DNA from: Tubulanus polymorphus
Lineage: Eukaryota > Animalia > Nemertea
DNA: 64,000 bases
Assembly: GCF_964204645.1 (NCBI RefSeq)
Contig: NC_134026.1
Location: forward strand, 7,463,950 to 7,527,949
Direction of reading: 5' to 3'
How positions within the stretch are numbered: position 1 is the stretch's first letter; the number at the start of each line of letters is the position of its first letter. The notes beneath the pieces were generated by a model, which worked only from the letters and a program-made list of their open reading frames with translations, was not told the DNA's origin and did not search any database. Made by a program: the position numbers and the translations under genes. This document shows, in pieces, positions 35,885-49,880 of the stretch.

Positions 35885-37041
35885 GATTCATGAGTATCAA
35901 ATATTCTGCCTGAGAGTGTACTGACTGTGTGAGAGTGTATACTGACTCTCTGAGAGTACTGAATGTACAGGCTGACCGTGTCTTCCCGCGTATCGGAAAA
36001 TATATTTATTACAGTAATATAAAGAAATCATTAAAGTCTTTATTAAAGCTACAATTCATTTGTGAGATTTATTGTTAATAGCGATTAGAAAATCAATTCT
36101 TAGAAACCTAACTCAATTTACTTTGATATCGTGAAAGTTTATTATTCGGTAAAATATTGATTTCTAAATCAAATATAAATATACGTTGTACAAGGATTTA
36201 TTGTAAGTGGTGAACTATCTTATAGTAAATCGTCTGAACTGGTTGCATAATGTCTCTCGTCAGTTCTATACAGAGAAATCACAGGTATAATTGCATCGGT
36301 TCATTATTCAACTACATAGATACACAGGACAGTTGTTTGGGTTTCATTGGTTCCAGTTGTACAGCTGTGACGGCTTGAACCCATTTCCACAGTTGTGTGG
36401 GTTTAATTCGACTGTGATCCCAGTTCCAGTTCCAGAGTTGTGTGGGTTCAATTTGACTGTTAACCCAGTTCACATAGTCTACGTATATTTTGATCAACTT
36501 GCTAGAAGTCTAAATTTTGATCAACTTGCTAGATAGACCATGTTAACAACTGGTTTTAGGGGTTTTTACGCCATTCGGATTTAAATTAGACTGCTGTTTG
36601 AACAGTGTTGTGCGTATTGCTGGCAAACACGCGCTTTGATTAATTGAACATTTACTGTGAATTCAATAGAACAACAGTTAATGTAATGAATGGATGGAGA
36701 ATTTTAAAGGTTTTACATGTTTAAGAGTTGTACAAATCAAACATGAAATGCTATCATTTATTGAATGTCACTGTAGCCAGTCCGCAGTGGATCGAAGTGA
36801 GACGAGTACGTTTTGCCGGCACCATCAACACACCCACACGTGAAAGCGCCGCCCGTAGCGTTATAGGTTGTCAGGCTAATAATATCACTATCGAGGAAAC
36901 CTTTTCGGAATGGTTTTTTTTTCGTTCTAAAGAAACGAAAAAATTGATTCTTTACCCCGAGTCTGTGTGTTGTGTGGACAATTAGAATATAAACAATGAT
37001 TTGTGGAAAAGGAATTTTAATCCGAAGAATCATACTTGATA

Positions 37042-37992
37042 TCAATGGTCTGAATTTCTACAGCGGATTTTCTTACAGAAATAATCACGAATTTCTCGGC
37101 CCATTAACAGATATATGTAGAAATTTATCACAAAGTTACACATTTGAAACTGTGCAAATATGTCAAAAAGAAATTCTCTCTGTTCTGCTGAGATTGGTAA
37201 AAATGTAGCAATAGTGGATGGAAGTGTAAATATTGCAAATGCGAGTGAAACTGTTACAAGTATTATTGTTGTACGTTTTGATTTTGTAGATTTCTGATCG
37301 GACGAAACCATTTTTGGACCTCTGAATAACTGAATTATTATTACAGAATTTAATGCAATGATCAAGATTAATGGTAACAGATAAACGTGGACAACAAATA
37401 AGGAGAAAAATTTTATTTGGTCGAATGATTCATAATAACATCCAAAGAACTTGTCAGTAAAATGTATCGAAACTGTTGGTAGAAGAATGGGAACCAGTAC
37501 ATTTACTGCAGTTATTATCAATATAGTAAATCTAGCGAATCTCGGTGTACATATCAAACGAGATGTGAACGGGAAGAGCACAACTGCCGCACGTTCTAGA
37601 GATATTGCTACTATTAACCACGTACTATTGCTGCATGCAACCGCAAATACACATTCGTAGAGTTGACAACTGATCAGTGAATTCACGATGTATATTGGAC
37701 CTGTTTTCAAATGCAAGAGAACAAACTGTAAAACAGGATTCAGTGTGAAGTTGATACAGAACGTGAAATCACTGAGAGACAAAACGATGAGGTAGTTAGC
37801 GTAGGACAAACTGCGGAATCTGTGACTTATCATTATCAGGAAAGTAGCTGAATTTCCAAACGCCCCAAACAGGAACAAAATAGGCAAAGTGACCAGTGAC
37901 ACAGTTCGGTAGATTGCTGACCTGTTCACTAGAGACATGAGAACAATGTAACTGTTATAAGTTCGGCCGATTTGCATCTGAGTTGAATTCAT
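37042..37992 (-). CDS. Intronless class A GPCR, subfamily C
   Basis: 316-aa intact ORF, a few substitutions versus 20980. Confidence 0.93.
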   Translation of the reverse strand: MNSTQMQIGRTYNSYIVLMSLVNRSAIYRTVSLVTLPILFLFGAFGNSATFLIMISHRFRSLSYANYLIVLSLSDFTFCINFTLNPVLQFVLLHLKTGPIYIVNSLISCQLYECVFAVACSNSTWLIVAISLERAAVVLFPFTSRLICTPRFARFTILIITAVNVLVPILLPTVSIHFTDKFFGCYYESFDQIKFFSLFVVHVYLLPLILIIALNSVIIIQLFRGPKMVSSDQKSTKSKRTTIILVTVSLAFAIFTLPSTIATFLPISAEQREFLFDIFAQFQMCNFVINFYIYLLMGREIRDYFCKKIRCRNSDH

Positions 37993-39141
37993 GATTCTCG
38001 CAAATCAAATGAGAGTGAACTGACTGTCTGAGAGTCTACTGACTATCTGCGAGTTTACTGGCTGTCCGAGAGTATGCTGACTGCCAGTGAGAGCAATGAC
38101 TATCTGAAAATGTACTGGAACTCGACCGCGTCTTCTCACGGCTTGCAAAATTAATTCAAAGATATCATTTAGGTCTTTATATACAGTTACATTCATTTCT
38201 AAGATTTATTGTAAACAGCGAATAGAAAATCAATGCACTGAAATCTAACACACATTTTCAAATTTTGTGAAAGTTTATTATTGTGTAAAATATAAATGTA
38301 ACTATATCAAATATCATTATACGTTGTACGAGAATTCATTGTAAATTGTAAAATATATTATACTAAAACATCTGAACAGGTTGGAAAATGTACACACAGA
38401 TCAAAACAACATCAGTTCATTATTAAACTACACACAGGACAGTAGCCAGCAATACTCAAGGGCTCATAGTTGTGACGGGCATCTATGATTTATCGAAATG
38501 ACTACTTATACTTAGTAAATTGAATTGCAAAAACATTTTGAGACTCAAACCGGGAGATGACTCTAGTAATGTGAGAACTTAGATGGTGACTTAAGCAAGA
38601 AAATCTAAAATGTCATTTATGTAATTTATGAATATAAAATTCTTTTGTATTTAAGATTTTCATATCTTATTTTCAATTTTCAGTTAGTCAGTGTCTACCA
38701 TTCCTGAGTTAGTTTTTAATTTTGATGCTCATGGCCAAAAGAGCACATTTTTTCTCCAAAGTTTCCATTTTATTTTCCGAGTTTGTAACTCGGAATAAAC
38801 CTCCAAAGATCGCATTTAACAGAGAAAACTAGTTTATTCCGAGTTGCAAACTCTGAATAAACCTCCAAAATCGCATTTAACTGAGAAAACTAGTTTATTC
38901 CGAGTCACAAACTCGGAATTAACCTCGAAATATTTTTTTGATAGATATGTCGCCAGGACGCTTCCGTAGGTACCAATGCAGTAATGGTGATTAGAAATTA
39001 CTGAATGTCACTGTAACCTACGAGCAATTATCTAACAATTATCTTAGATAATCGCTCGTAGCTGTAACAGGTCCACAGAAGAGTTAAAAGTTGTATGCAG
39101 TAACTCAAACTTGAAATGAATGGTTATTTGTCTGAATTGCT

Positions 39142-40077
39142 TCAGCGGATTTTCATACAGAAATATTCACGAATTTCTCGTCCCAATAAAATATATATGT
39201 AGAAATTTACCACGTAGTTACAAACATGGAATTGTGTGAATATATTGTATAGAAAATTTCTCCGTTCCAATGGGATTGGTACCAATGCAGTAATAGTGAC
39301 TGGAAATGTGAATATTGCAAATGCTAGTGAAACTGTTACAAGCATTATTGTTGTACGTTTTGATTTTGAAGAATTCCGATCAGACGAAACCATTTTTGAC
39401 CCTCTGAATAACTGAACTATTATAACAGAATTTGATAGAATGATTATTATAAACGGTAAAAGATAGATATGGGTGATACCTACGATACGATAGGTTATTT
39501 GGTGAAGCGATTGAAAGTAACACCCAAAAAAAGACTGTTCAGTAAAATGTATCGAAAAAGTAGGTAGAAGATTTATAACAAGTACATTCACTCCAGTCAT
39601 TATCAATATAACAAATCTAGCGAATCTCGGGGTACATATCAAACGAGATTTGAACGGGAAGAGCACAACTGCTGCACGTTCTAGAGATATTGCTACTATA
39701 GACCACGAACTATTGAAGACTGCAAGGTACATTATAAATTCATAGGTTTGGCAACTGATCAGTGAATTCATCATGAATATAGGACCATTTTCAGCGTGGA
39801 AGAGAACAAACTGCAAAACAGGCATCAGTGTAAAACTGGTGCAGAACGTGAAATCACAGAGAGACAAAATGATAAGATAGTTAGCGTAAGATAAACTGCG
39901 GAATCTGCGACTTATCATTATCAGGAAAGTAGCTGAATTTCCAAACGCTCCAAACATGAACACGATAGGCAGAATGACCAGTGACAAAGTGCGGTAGATT
40001 CCAGACTTGTTCACTACAGACATTAGAACGATGTTACTGTTATAAGTTCGATCTATTTGAATCTGAGTTGAATTCAT
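39142..40077 (-). CDS. Intronless class A GPCR, subfamily D (tail 6 aa shorter)
   Basis: 311 aa; TGT>TGA in the C-tail versus 23062, all TMs retained. Confidence 0.88.
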   Translation of the reverse strand: MNSTQIQIDRTYNSNIVLMSVVNKSGIYRTLSLVILPIVFMFGAFGNSATFLIMISRRFRSLSYANYLIILSLCDFTFCTSFTLMPVLQFVLFHAENGPIFMMNSLISCQTYEFIMYLAVFNSSWSIVAISLERAAVVLFPFKSRLICTPRFARFVILIMTGVNVLVINLLPTFSIHFTEQSFFGCYFQSLHQITYRIVGITHIYLLPFIIIILSNSVIIVQLFRGSKMVSSDRNSSKSKRTTIMLVTVSLAFAIFTFPVTITALVPIPLERRNFLYNIFTQFHVCNYVVNFYIYILLGREIREYFCMKIR

Positions 40078-41699
40078 GATTCATGCATATCAAATAAGAA
40101 TGTACTAGCAGTTTAAGAATACACTGAGAGTGTATAAGACTGTCTGAGCGCGTACTGACTGTCTGAGAGAGCACTGAGAGTAGTGACTGACTGAGAATTT
40201 ATCGGAAAATTAATTTGACTTCAATATTAAGATATCATAAGTCCTAAATTTATTGTTGACAGCTAATGAAAAATCTATTCTCAGAAATCTAACAGAATTT
40301 GTGAAAGTTTATTATTGGTGTAAAATATATACGTAACTGAATTAAAGGTCATTGGCGCATTAAAGAGATTTATTTCAGAATTCAAGAATTACACTCTTAA
40401 TAGATAGATTGAAGTGAATGAAATGCTTGAGTACTGCTTTGATATATCATAATAAAAAAAGGCATGACGGTTTGCGATCAGTATATATATATATTCAACT
40501 GTAAGCAACAATCATTTCTATATACTGTATAAAGTGAGTAAAAATCATTGACAAAACTCCCAATGTAGCTTACAGCTAGCTAGCATTCTAGCTAGCTAAC
40601 CGTTTCGGAATGTTTTTTCTTTTAAATCTGAGCGTTGGATTTTTTTTGTATGACCTGCAAGCAATCGAGAATAAGAGCTTCACATGCTCACGATTCAACG
40701 AGACTGTAACTGAATTTCTCAATTAAAAGGTTAATTTTTTTCCTCTCCAAACCCTTTGTGACTATAGAATTTGAACAGTGTAGGTAATATATCATCTCCT
40801 TGTTTGTCTCCGTGGGTTGTGACAAATCCATTGATATAGCGACCATTTATTCGAGTACCTGTAACATAGCGTCTGCGTACGTTGAAGAAATACTTCTAAT
40901 TCCCTGATGGCAAAGCCTAACCTTATTGATGTTTACCTAGTTGAAAGCCTTTGTTAAATCATCCAAAGTATATTCTTTGAAATTTAGGATTTCTATGATA
41001 CAAGTGATAGAAATAGGTATTCAAGGCGAAAAATCATTTTTTAGATTTCATTTCACAAACTGCAAATAACCCTCTTTAACCTCTGTGAATAAAGGAAATA
41101 TAGCTTCAAGAGATACTTAGATATTTCAAAATTCATAAATATTGCAATTTCACATTTTTTGGTTTCACATCGTCACTGTTCTCAATTGTTGCGTTCAAAG
41201 ATTCCAAGAATCGCCAGCAAATATCTGCATTTCATTTCCTTTAAAAGGGTGTATGAATTATATTCGTAGAGCAAGAGGCTTCAGAACTATATGATATTCA
41301 ATCTAAACTTATGTTTTAAGAATGAGCGCAAATCATCGCAACAGTAGGGACCTCGAGGGACCGCCACAAAATGGCGCCTAGAAACTGGAAACTTCTTTTA
41401 TTGAATACCGTATACCGAAATTAAGTACGTTTCCATAACATCACTGCAGCAATTCACGTCGTGATTCACAATCTATGGCTTCAAGACGTTTTTAAAGCAC
41501 GATTCTAAAGATCGATGCAGTTCGAGATCGAAAACAGTCGCCGAGGATTTCATTGGTTTCGCCTGTGAAGGAATCATTCTATTATGCATTAGTAGCGAAA
41601 GCTCGTATACAAATAAGACTAGTTAATTTTTACAGAACTATCTTTCTTTCCTTTTTTACTTATTAATGAGTGTTGTGTCAACTTCAATCATTAGACAAG

Positions 41700-42644
41700 T
41701 TATTTGACTGGAATTCCACAGTGAATGTTCATGCAGAAATATTCACGAATTTCTCGTCCCAGTAAAAGATATATGTAAAAATTTACCACATAGTTACACA
41801 TTTCAAACTGTCCAAATATGTCATAGAGAAATTCTTTCTGTTCCTGTGAGTTTGGTAAAAATACAGTAATAGTAGTTGGAAGTGTGAATATTGCAAATGC
41901 GAGTGAAACTGTTACAAGCAATATTGTTGTACGTTTTGATTTTGTAGTTTTCTGATCAGACGAAACCATTTTTGAACCCCTGAATAACTGAACCATTATG
42001 ACAGAATTTGATATTAGAATCAAAAATAAAGGCAGTACATAATTCTGGATGACAAATATCGTAAAGTATGTTATTTGGTCAGACAATTCGTAGTAACATC
42101 CAAAAGACTGGTCGGAAAAATGTATCGAAAAAGTAGGAAGGAAATTAATAACCAGGACATTGACCGCAGTTAATGTAAATATAACACATCTAGCGAATCT
42201 TGGTGTACATATCAAACGAGATTTGAACGGGAAGAGCACAACTGCTGCACGTTCTAGAGATATTGCTACTATCAGCCATGAACTATTGCATTGAAAAAGC
42301 ACCATTACAAATTCATATGTTTTACAACTGATCACCGAATTCATGATGAATATAGGACCATCTTCAACGTGGAAGAGAACAAACTGTAAAACAGGCATCA
42401 GTGTGAAATTGATGCAGAATGTGAAATCACAGACTGACAAGATGATAAGATAGTTAGCGTAAGATAAACTGCGGAACCTGCGACTTATCATTATCAGGAA
42501 AGTAGCTGAATTCCCAAACGCCCCAAACAAGAATACGACTGGCAGAATGACAAGTGACACAGTACGATATATTCCAGATCTCTTCACAACAGACACGAGA
42601 ACGGTATTACTAAGATAAGCAAGACCAATCTGAGTTGAATTCAT
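41700..42644 (-). CDS. Intronless class A GPCR, subfamily B
   Basis: 314-aa intact ORF. Confidence 0.93.
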   Translation of the reverse strand: MNSTQIGLAYLSNTVLVSVVKRSGIYRTVSLVILPVVFLFGAFGNSATFLIMISRRFRSLSYANYLIILSVCDFTFCINFTLMPVLQFVLFHVEDGPIFIMNSVISCKTYEFVMVLFQCNSSWLIVAISLERAAVVLFPFKSRLICTPRFARCVIFTLTAVNVLVINFLPTFSIHFSDQSFGCYYELSDQITYFTIFVIQNYVLPLFLILISNSVIMVQLFRGSKMVSSDQKTTKSKRTTILLVTVSLAFAIFTLPTTITVFLPNSQEQKEFLYDIFGQFEMCNYVVNFYIYLLLGREIREYFCMNIHCGIPVK

Positions 42645-43687
42645 GATTCTTGAGGATCAAATGAGAACTGATTGTCCGAGAGTATACTTACTGTCTTAGA
42701 GTGTAATGACTGTCTGAAAGTGTTCTGACTGTCTAAGAGTGTACTGACCGTCTGAGAGTGTAACGGTCTGAGAGTGTAACGGTCTGAGAGTGTAACGGTC
42801 TGAGAATGTTCTGGAACTGACCGTGTCTTCTCGCCTATCGGAAAACTAATTTAACTTTGACATAAAAAAATCATTAAGTCTTTATTCCAGCTATAATTCA
42901 TTTGTGAAATTTATTGTTAACAGCGAATAGAAAAAATCAATTTTCAGAAATCTAACACAATGCACTCAGATTTTGTGAAAGTTTACATCGTGTAAAATAT
43001 AATATGTATAAAATATTTAATATCAATTTTCATTGTACAAGAATGTATTAAAATGGTGAAATATTTAATATAAAAAATTCTGAACATTTTGGAAAATATT
43101 TATCACGACGGGACAGTAGCCAGGAGTTGTTTAGGGCTCAAGTTCTCAAGTTCTTATTTCCTTAAGGGTAATTTTTTCCATTTTCTTCAAAAAGACAAAA
43201 CGTGGAATGATAACCTGGTATGTGAATGTGGGTCCCTCGTCCTCCGGCCCTATATCTAACAACCAGACCGCCAGATTATGGCTGTGAGTCTGCTCAGTGT
43301 GGTGATCCAGTTAGCTCTGGTGAAAGGACTGACGGCCAGTCTGGTGTAGTGACTCGATTCATTTACATTAACTGCTATATAATTCTTTCATTTTTTTTTG
43401 GTGAAAATGTGGTTACATTGCATTCACTTAATCAATTAGATCCGTTGACTCAATCCGTTCACTTTATCAATTAGATCCGTTGTACTGACCGTCTGAGAGT
43501 GTTCTGACTGTCTGAGAGTGTACTGACTGTCTGAGAGTGTTCTGACTGTCTGAGAGTGTTCTGACTGTCTGAGAGTGTACTGTCTGATCTGACAGTGTAC
43601 TGACTGTTGGAGGTACCGTACATTACTGAATGTCGCTGTCCAGTCGGGTTCAAGTTGAATGAAGTGAACCAAACTTGAGATCAATAG

Positions 43688-44633
43688 TTATTTGTCTGAA
43701 TTTCTACAGCGGATTTTCATACAGAAATATTCACGAATTTCTCGCCCCAGTAAAAGATATGTGTAGAAATTAACCACAAAGTTGCACACATGGAATTGTG
43801 CGAAAATATCGTATAGAAACTCTGTCAGTTGCGGTGACATTGGTAAAAATACTGTGATAGTGGATGGAAGTGTGAACATTGCAAATGCGAGTGAAACAGT
43901 TACAAGCATTATTGTTGTACGTTTGGATTTTGTAGTTTTCTGATCAGATGAAACCATTTTTGACCCTCTGAACAACTGAATTGTTATAACAGAATTTGAT
44001 GTAATGATCAAAGTAAAAGGTAGAATATTAACGTGGATAACAAATATGGAGAACACTTTTATTTGATCAATCAACAGATAAAAACATCCATAAAACTGGT
44101 CAGCAAAATGTACCGACAAGTGTGAGATAGAGAACCAGTACATTTACTGCAGTAATTATCAAAATAGTAACTCTAGCGAATCTCGGTGTACATATCAAAC
44201 GAGATTTGAACGGGAAAAGCACAACTGCCGCACGTTCTAGAGATACTGCTACTATTAGCCACGAACTGTTGCAGACTGCAACCGCAAATACAAATTCATA
44301 GATTTGACAACTGATCAATGAATTCATGATGAAGATAGGACCACCTTTAACGTTGAAGAGAATAAACTGTATAAGAGGATTCAGTGTAAAACTGATGCAG
44401 TACACAAAGTCACTGATAGACAAAACGATCAGATAGTTAGCATAAGATAAACTGCGGAATATATGACTTATCATTATCAGGAAAGTGGCTGAATTTCCTA
44501 AGGCTCCGAACAGGAACAAGACAGGCAGAATGCCCAGTGACACAGTGCGGTAGATTCTGGACTTGCTCACCACAGACATCAGAACAATGTAACTGTTGTA
44601 TGTTCGACCAATCTGCATCTGAGTAGAATTCAT
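43688..44633 (-). pseudogene. GPCR subfamily A, same 5-bp deletion as 27606
   Basis: Split ORFs 44100-44633 and 43688-44143. Confidence 0.9.
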
Positions 44634-46036
44634 GATTCATGGAGATCAAATGAGAGAGCACTGCCTGTTCTGTTCTGCAGCAGAATGTTCTAGATCTGAC
44701 CGGTCTTCTCACGTATCGGATAATTAATTCAACCTACCATGCATAAATTATTTAAGTCTTTATACTTCAGCTCCAATTCATTTGTCAGATGTATAAAATT
44801 CGTAAAATCTAACACAATTTACTCAGATTGAAACTTGACGTTTTATCATGTGAAACATGAATGTTACCAAGATATATATATATATATATATATATAAACA
44901 ATCATTGAACGATAATTCATCGTAAATAATGAAATATATATATTTTACAGTAAAACAGAACAGGCTGGAAAATATCTAACGGTTCTATAGAGAGAAAACA
45001 CGGGTCAAAATAGCATCAGTTCATTATTCAACCACATGAATACACAGAACAGTACCCACAGGAGTTCACGGGGCTAAGTTCTTAATGGAATTATAACCTA
45101 TGGATTTGAACCCACGCTTCTCGCCTGCCAGCCTTGTATCTTAACACTTGACAAACAAGTTCAGGCCGTTGTCGATGACTTATCTAAATGACGGCATACA
45201 CTTAGTCACAAAATCACAGACGATTTCGGCCGTAATGTGACGACTTATTATCTGATGGAGACTACGTACACGATTTTTTCGCGCGAGAAAACCAAAAGTT
45301 TTGAATTCTCGCCGGAGGAAATCAACCTTTTTCTACTGACTGTCTGAGAATGTTCTGGAACTGACCGTGTCTTCTTGACTATTGGAAAATTCATTCAACT
45401 TTAACATAAAGATATCATTAAAGCCTTTATTGCAGCTACAATTCGTTTGTAAAATGTCTATAGTTAGTAGCGAATAGAAAATAGATTCTCTGATATCTAA
45501 CACAATAATATTCAGATTTGTGAAAGTTTATTATTGTGTACGTAAAATGTTACTGCAAATTGAATATAAAATATTCGTCGTACAATAATTTATTGTAAAT
45601 GGTGAAATATCGTATACGTAGTACAACATCTGAACAGGTTGAAAAATATGTATCAAAATAGCACTAGCAAAATAGCACTTCATTATTCAACCACGAACAG
45701 GATAGTAGACAGGACCCAGTTCCACAGTTGTGAGTTAGAGTTAACTCTGAGTTAAATTAGTTAGTTCATTTTCAGTGATTTAACTGGATGGAACTGTGGA
45801 ACTGGACCCAGGAGTCCCCATGGGCTCAAATTCTCAAGTTCTATTTCCTGAAATGACATTTTTCCATTTTGTATTTGAACCTGGGCCTCTCGCAAGCCAG
45901 CCTTGTATCTAACCAATAGTTCTGGCGACTGAAAGAGTTTGAAAGTTTTTCCGATCAGTGTGACCACCCAGTTAGCTGTGGTTGCCAGTTAAGTGCGGTA
46001 ACTGGTCACCAGTTAGATCGGTTTACGCAAAAACTG

Positions 46037-46457
<421 letters not shown>

Positions 46458-47321
46458 ATAACTTGTTTGACACCATTTCCATTTGGGAGCCTTTTCAAAG
46501 TCCAGTTCGAAGTTCATTGAAAATGAACTAATTTTCAGGTGTTACGCCCATCTGTCGTGAGCCGGTACCCCATTCATCGTGATATTGATCCATCCTTGCC
46601 GCGGACTCTCCTGGAATGAATGTAACTCAGAAAGAATCCACTTTCATTGGTTTCGCTAGCTAGATCCAGAACTAGATACGCGGAAGTAAACAACTTGAAT
46701 CGCAATAGTTTCAGATTTATTTGATATGCAGCCCCCACATACATCAATATGGTTGATCGATTGACTCCACACCTATGTTAATGTTGCCGATCTGCAAACC
46801 AACTGAAATTGTTTGAAATGCATACAAATGCCGATAAATCTTGCGGTTTCGCGTGGATGCGTTAAGTTAAAATGACGTATCCGTACAGGCGTTCCGGATT
46901 TGAGTCCGAATACGTTCTTCGATGTCGGGTAAGGTATGTTGCGAATGGACATCTCCCCCGGCAGGGATTCGAACCTGATGGCATCACGAGATTGTCATCG
47001 CGCCATGACTGAGTGTAGCGATGCCATCGGGTTCGAATCCCTGCCGAGGGAGGATGCTAATTCCTCTATTCTAGTCAGCGCTATCGGTTTTTGTGGCATG
47101 ATTGATTCGAAGTTTTATACATTTCGAAGAGTTCTAACCTACGTATGCTTTCAGACCGTAATAATTCTCACCACATTGATTAGAGCGTTTATTACCGATT
47201 GGTCGTCGAATCCGAGAGGGGATGACTTTTTTGTTCGAAAGTGGATGAATAACAATATCATGAGGAATACAAACTACAATAGGCTGTCTGACCGGAATCA
47301 GAAAACCCTAATAATAACCAG

Positions 47322-47456
47322 GGGCCAGTTGCACAGTCGTGACTTAAGTCAAAAAGTGGTCTTAAATCTTAAGACTGGTAAGTTGTTAGATTGGCTATAG
47401 AACTAAGTTGGTCTTAGACTGGTCTTAAGTCGAAGCCATGACTACGCAACCGGCCC
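47322..47456. mobile_element. 135-bp GGGCC-TIR MITE, CAG TSD
   Basis: Duplicate of 31819-31953. Confidence 0.8.
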
Positions 47457-47543
47457 CAGGAGATAATCAATAGGGTTTTCCGTGAAGTAACAGAAAACCC
47501 TAATTAAAATAGTTAATTTATACGTACAACTGTAAATCGATGG

Positions 47544-48494
47544 TTATTTGTCTGGATTTCTACAGTGGATTTTCATACAGAAATACTCACGAATTTCTCG
47601 TCCCAGTAAAAGATATATGTAGAAATTAACCATATAGTTACACATTTGAAACTGTGTGAAAATATCATATAAAAAATCTCTCCGTTGCGGTGAGATTGGC
47701 AAAAACGTAGTAATAGTGGATGGAAGTATAAATATTGCAAATGCGAATGAAACTGTTACAAGCATTATTGTTGTACGTTTTGATTTTGTAGTTTTCTGAT
47801 CAGACGAAACCATATTTGAACCTCTGAATAACTGAACTATTATAACAGTATTTGATGTAATAATCAAAGACAACGGAAGTATATAAACGTGGGTGACGAA
47901 TATGGTAAAGACTATTATTTGGTCAAACAATTTAAAGTAGCATCCGAAAAACTGGTCAGTAAAATGTATCGACAAAGTTTGTAGAAGATTAATAACCAGG
48001 ACATTTACTGTAGTGATTGTCAATATAGCAAATCTAGCGAATCTCGGTGTACATATCAAACGAGATGTGAACGGGAAGAGTACAACTGCCGCACGTTCTA
48101 GAGATATTGCTACTATTAACCAAGAACTATTGCTGCTTGCAAGTAGCATTACAAATTCATAGATTTGACAACTCACCAGAGAATTCATCATGAATATAGG
48201 ACGATCTAAAACGTGAAGGAGAACAAACTGTAAGACAGGCATCAGTGTTGAACTAATGCAGTACATAGAATCACTGAGAGACAAAACGATAAGATAGTTA
48301 GCGTAAGATAAACTGCGGAATCTGCGACTAATCATAATCAGAAAAGTAGCTGAATTTCCGAAGGCTCCTAAGAAGAACAAAGTCGGCAGAATGACCAGTG
48401 ACACAGTACGGTAGATTCCAGACCTATTCACCACAGACATGAGAACGATGTAACTGCTGTAAGTTCGACCAATCGCAATCTGAGTAGAATTCAT
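47544..48494 (-). CDS. Intronless class A GPCR, subfamily E
   Basis: 316 aa from the MNSTQ start; intact 7TM. Confidence 0.93.
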   Translation of the reverse strand: MNSTQIAIGRTYSSYIVLMSVVNRSGIYRTVSLVILPTLFFLGAFGNSATFLIMISRRFRSLSYANYLIVLSLSDSMYCISSTLMPVLQFVLLHVLDRPIFMMNSLVSCQIYEFVMLLASSNSSWLIVAISLERAAVVLFPFTSRLICTPRFARFAILTITTVNVLVINLLQTLSIHFTDQFFGCYFKLFDQIIVFTIFVTHVYILPLSLIITSNTVIIVQLFRGSNMVSSDQKTTKSKRTTIMLVTVSFAFAIFILPSTITTFLPISPQRRDFLYDIFTQFQMCNYMVNFYIYLLLGREIREYFCMKIHCRNPDK

Positions 48495-49049
48495 GAGGCT
48501 CAAATGAGAGGTTACTGACTGAGTGACAGCGTACTCACAGCGTGAGAGTGCGCGGACCGTGTGAGAGTGCCTGTACCGTGTGAGGGTGTACTGATCGTGT
48601 GAGAGTGTACTGATTGTGTGAGAGTGTACTGATTGTGTGAAAGTGTACTGACTGTGTGAGAGTGTACTGACTGTCTGAGAATGTACCGACGACTGTCTGA
48701 GAGTGTGCTGACTGTCTGAGAATGTTCTGGAACTGACCGTGTCTTCTGGCATATTGGAAAACAAATCTTACGTTGTTATGAATACATTATCAACCTCTTT
48801 ATTAAAGCTACAATTCATTTGTAAGATTTAATATTATATGTAAATAGAAAATCAATTCTCAGAAATCTGACGCAATTTACTCAGATTTTGTGAAAGTTTA
48901 TTATTGTGTAAGATATATATGTAACTGAATTAAATACTAATATTCGTTGTACAAGAATTCATTGTAAATGGTAATAAATGTTATAGTAAAACATCTGAAC
49001 AGGTTGGAAAATATTTCATCTGTTCGTTGATCCTACGAGCAATTATCTA

Positions 49050-49226
49050 ACGGAAGTTACGGTAGATCGTCTGCTGCGTCTGTTTTGTTACGATCGTCTG
49101 TGGTTGGTCTAGAACTAGTTCCGGTTCCGTTGCGGGTAACGGGTACTCTCAATAGTTTCTATCGTTCCATCCTCACTATCCACAGTCGGTTCCTCATGGC
49201 AGTTAGTATTCACGTGATTTCAACCC
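49050..49226 (-). pseudogene. 5' remnant of the MS4A-like gene
   Basis: Duplicate of 33529-33704. Confidence 0.85.
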
Positions 49227-49401
49227 TTTTGATTCAGGAAAAAAGCAATTGAATTGATATCAATGACTGAGTGGCTGCTTTGCGGCCATCTTGTGAGGAG
49301 TTAAAAAACCAACTGCAATCGATAACATAAAATAACGAAACGATGAATTACCAGATTTTTAGTTTTTGATCAGCACTTAACCCGAGAATAAAATGTAATG
49401 C

Positions 49402-49473
49402 AGGTTCTACCGAGATTCGAACTCGGGCTACTGGATTCAAAGTCCAATGTGCTAACCACTACACCATAGAACC
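49402..49473 (-). tRNA. tRNA-Gln (TTG)
   Basis: Identical to 33880-33951. Confidence 0.95.
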
Positions 49474-49780
49474 ATATGTTATCAAACACAGTTCTGAGCC
49501 TAATTTATCGCTTCTTTGAGCTGGTCAGCGTGGGAGTCAAGGTCCCTTTGAATAAACTTGTTTGGTAATATTTCGATATTGTATTTCTAGTTTTATGTCT
49601 AGGGGAGGAGGGGGCTGCTCTGGATGACTATCGGGATAAAATCTTGAACGTCGAAACCTTGAATCGATAAATCATTAGCAAAGAAACTCCTCGTTTTATT
49701 AGTCTGGGATTCTCTATCGTTACAACACGTTAAAGTGTTTCACCAATGGTTGTATGCAGTGAATCTAACTTGAAACCAAT

Positions 49781-49880
49781 GATATTCACGAATTTCTCGT
49801 CCCAGTAAAAGATATAAGTAAAAATTTACCACATAGTTACACACATTTGAAACTGTCCACAAATGCCGTAGGAAAAAATT
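49781..49880 (-). pseudogene. Degenerate GPCR TM7 fragment
   Basis: Duplicate of 34259-34356. Confidence 0.75.

Larger units (their letters stand above)
20463..35891. repeat. Segmental duplication unit 1 (C-D-B-A-E-F)
   Basis: Near-identical to 36526-51843 including intergenic DNA; offset 16062-16063 at genes C, D and B. Confidence 0.95.

Noticed and set aside
48495-48764. 90-aa N-terminal extension of the 406-aa ORF
   Set aside because: Non-ATG start running through the 20-bp minisatellite; not in frame in the paralog at 32041; family start is MNSTQ
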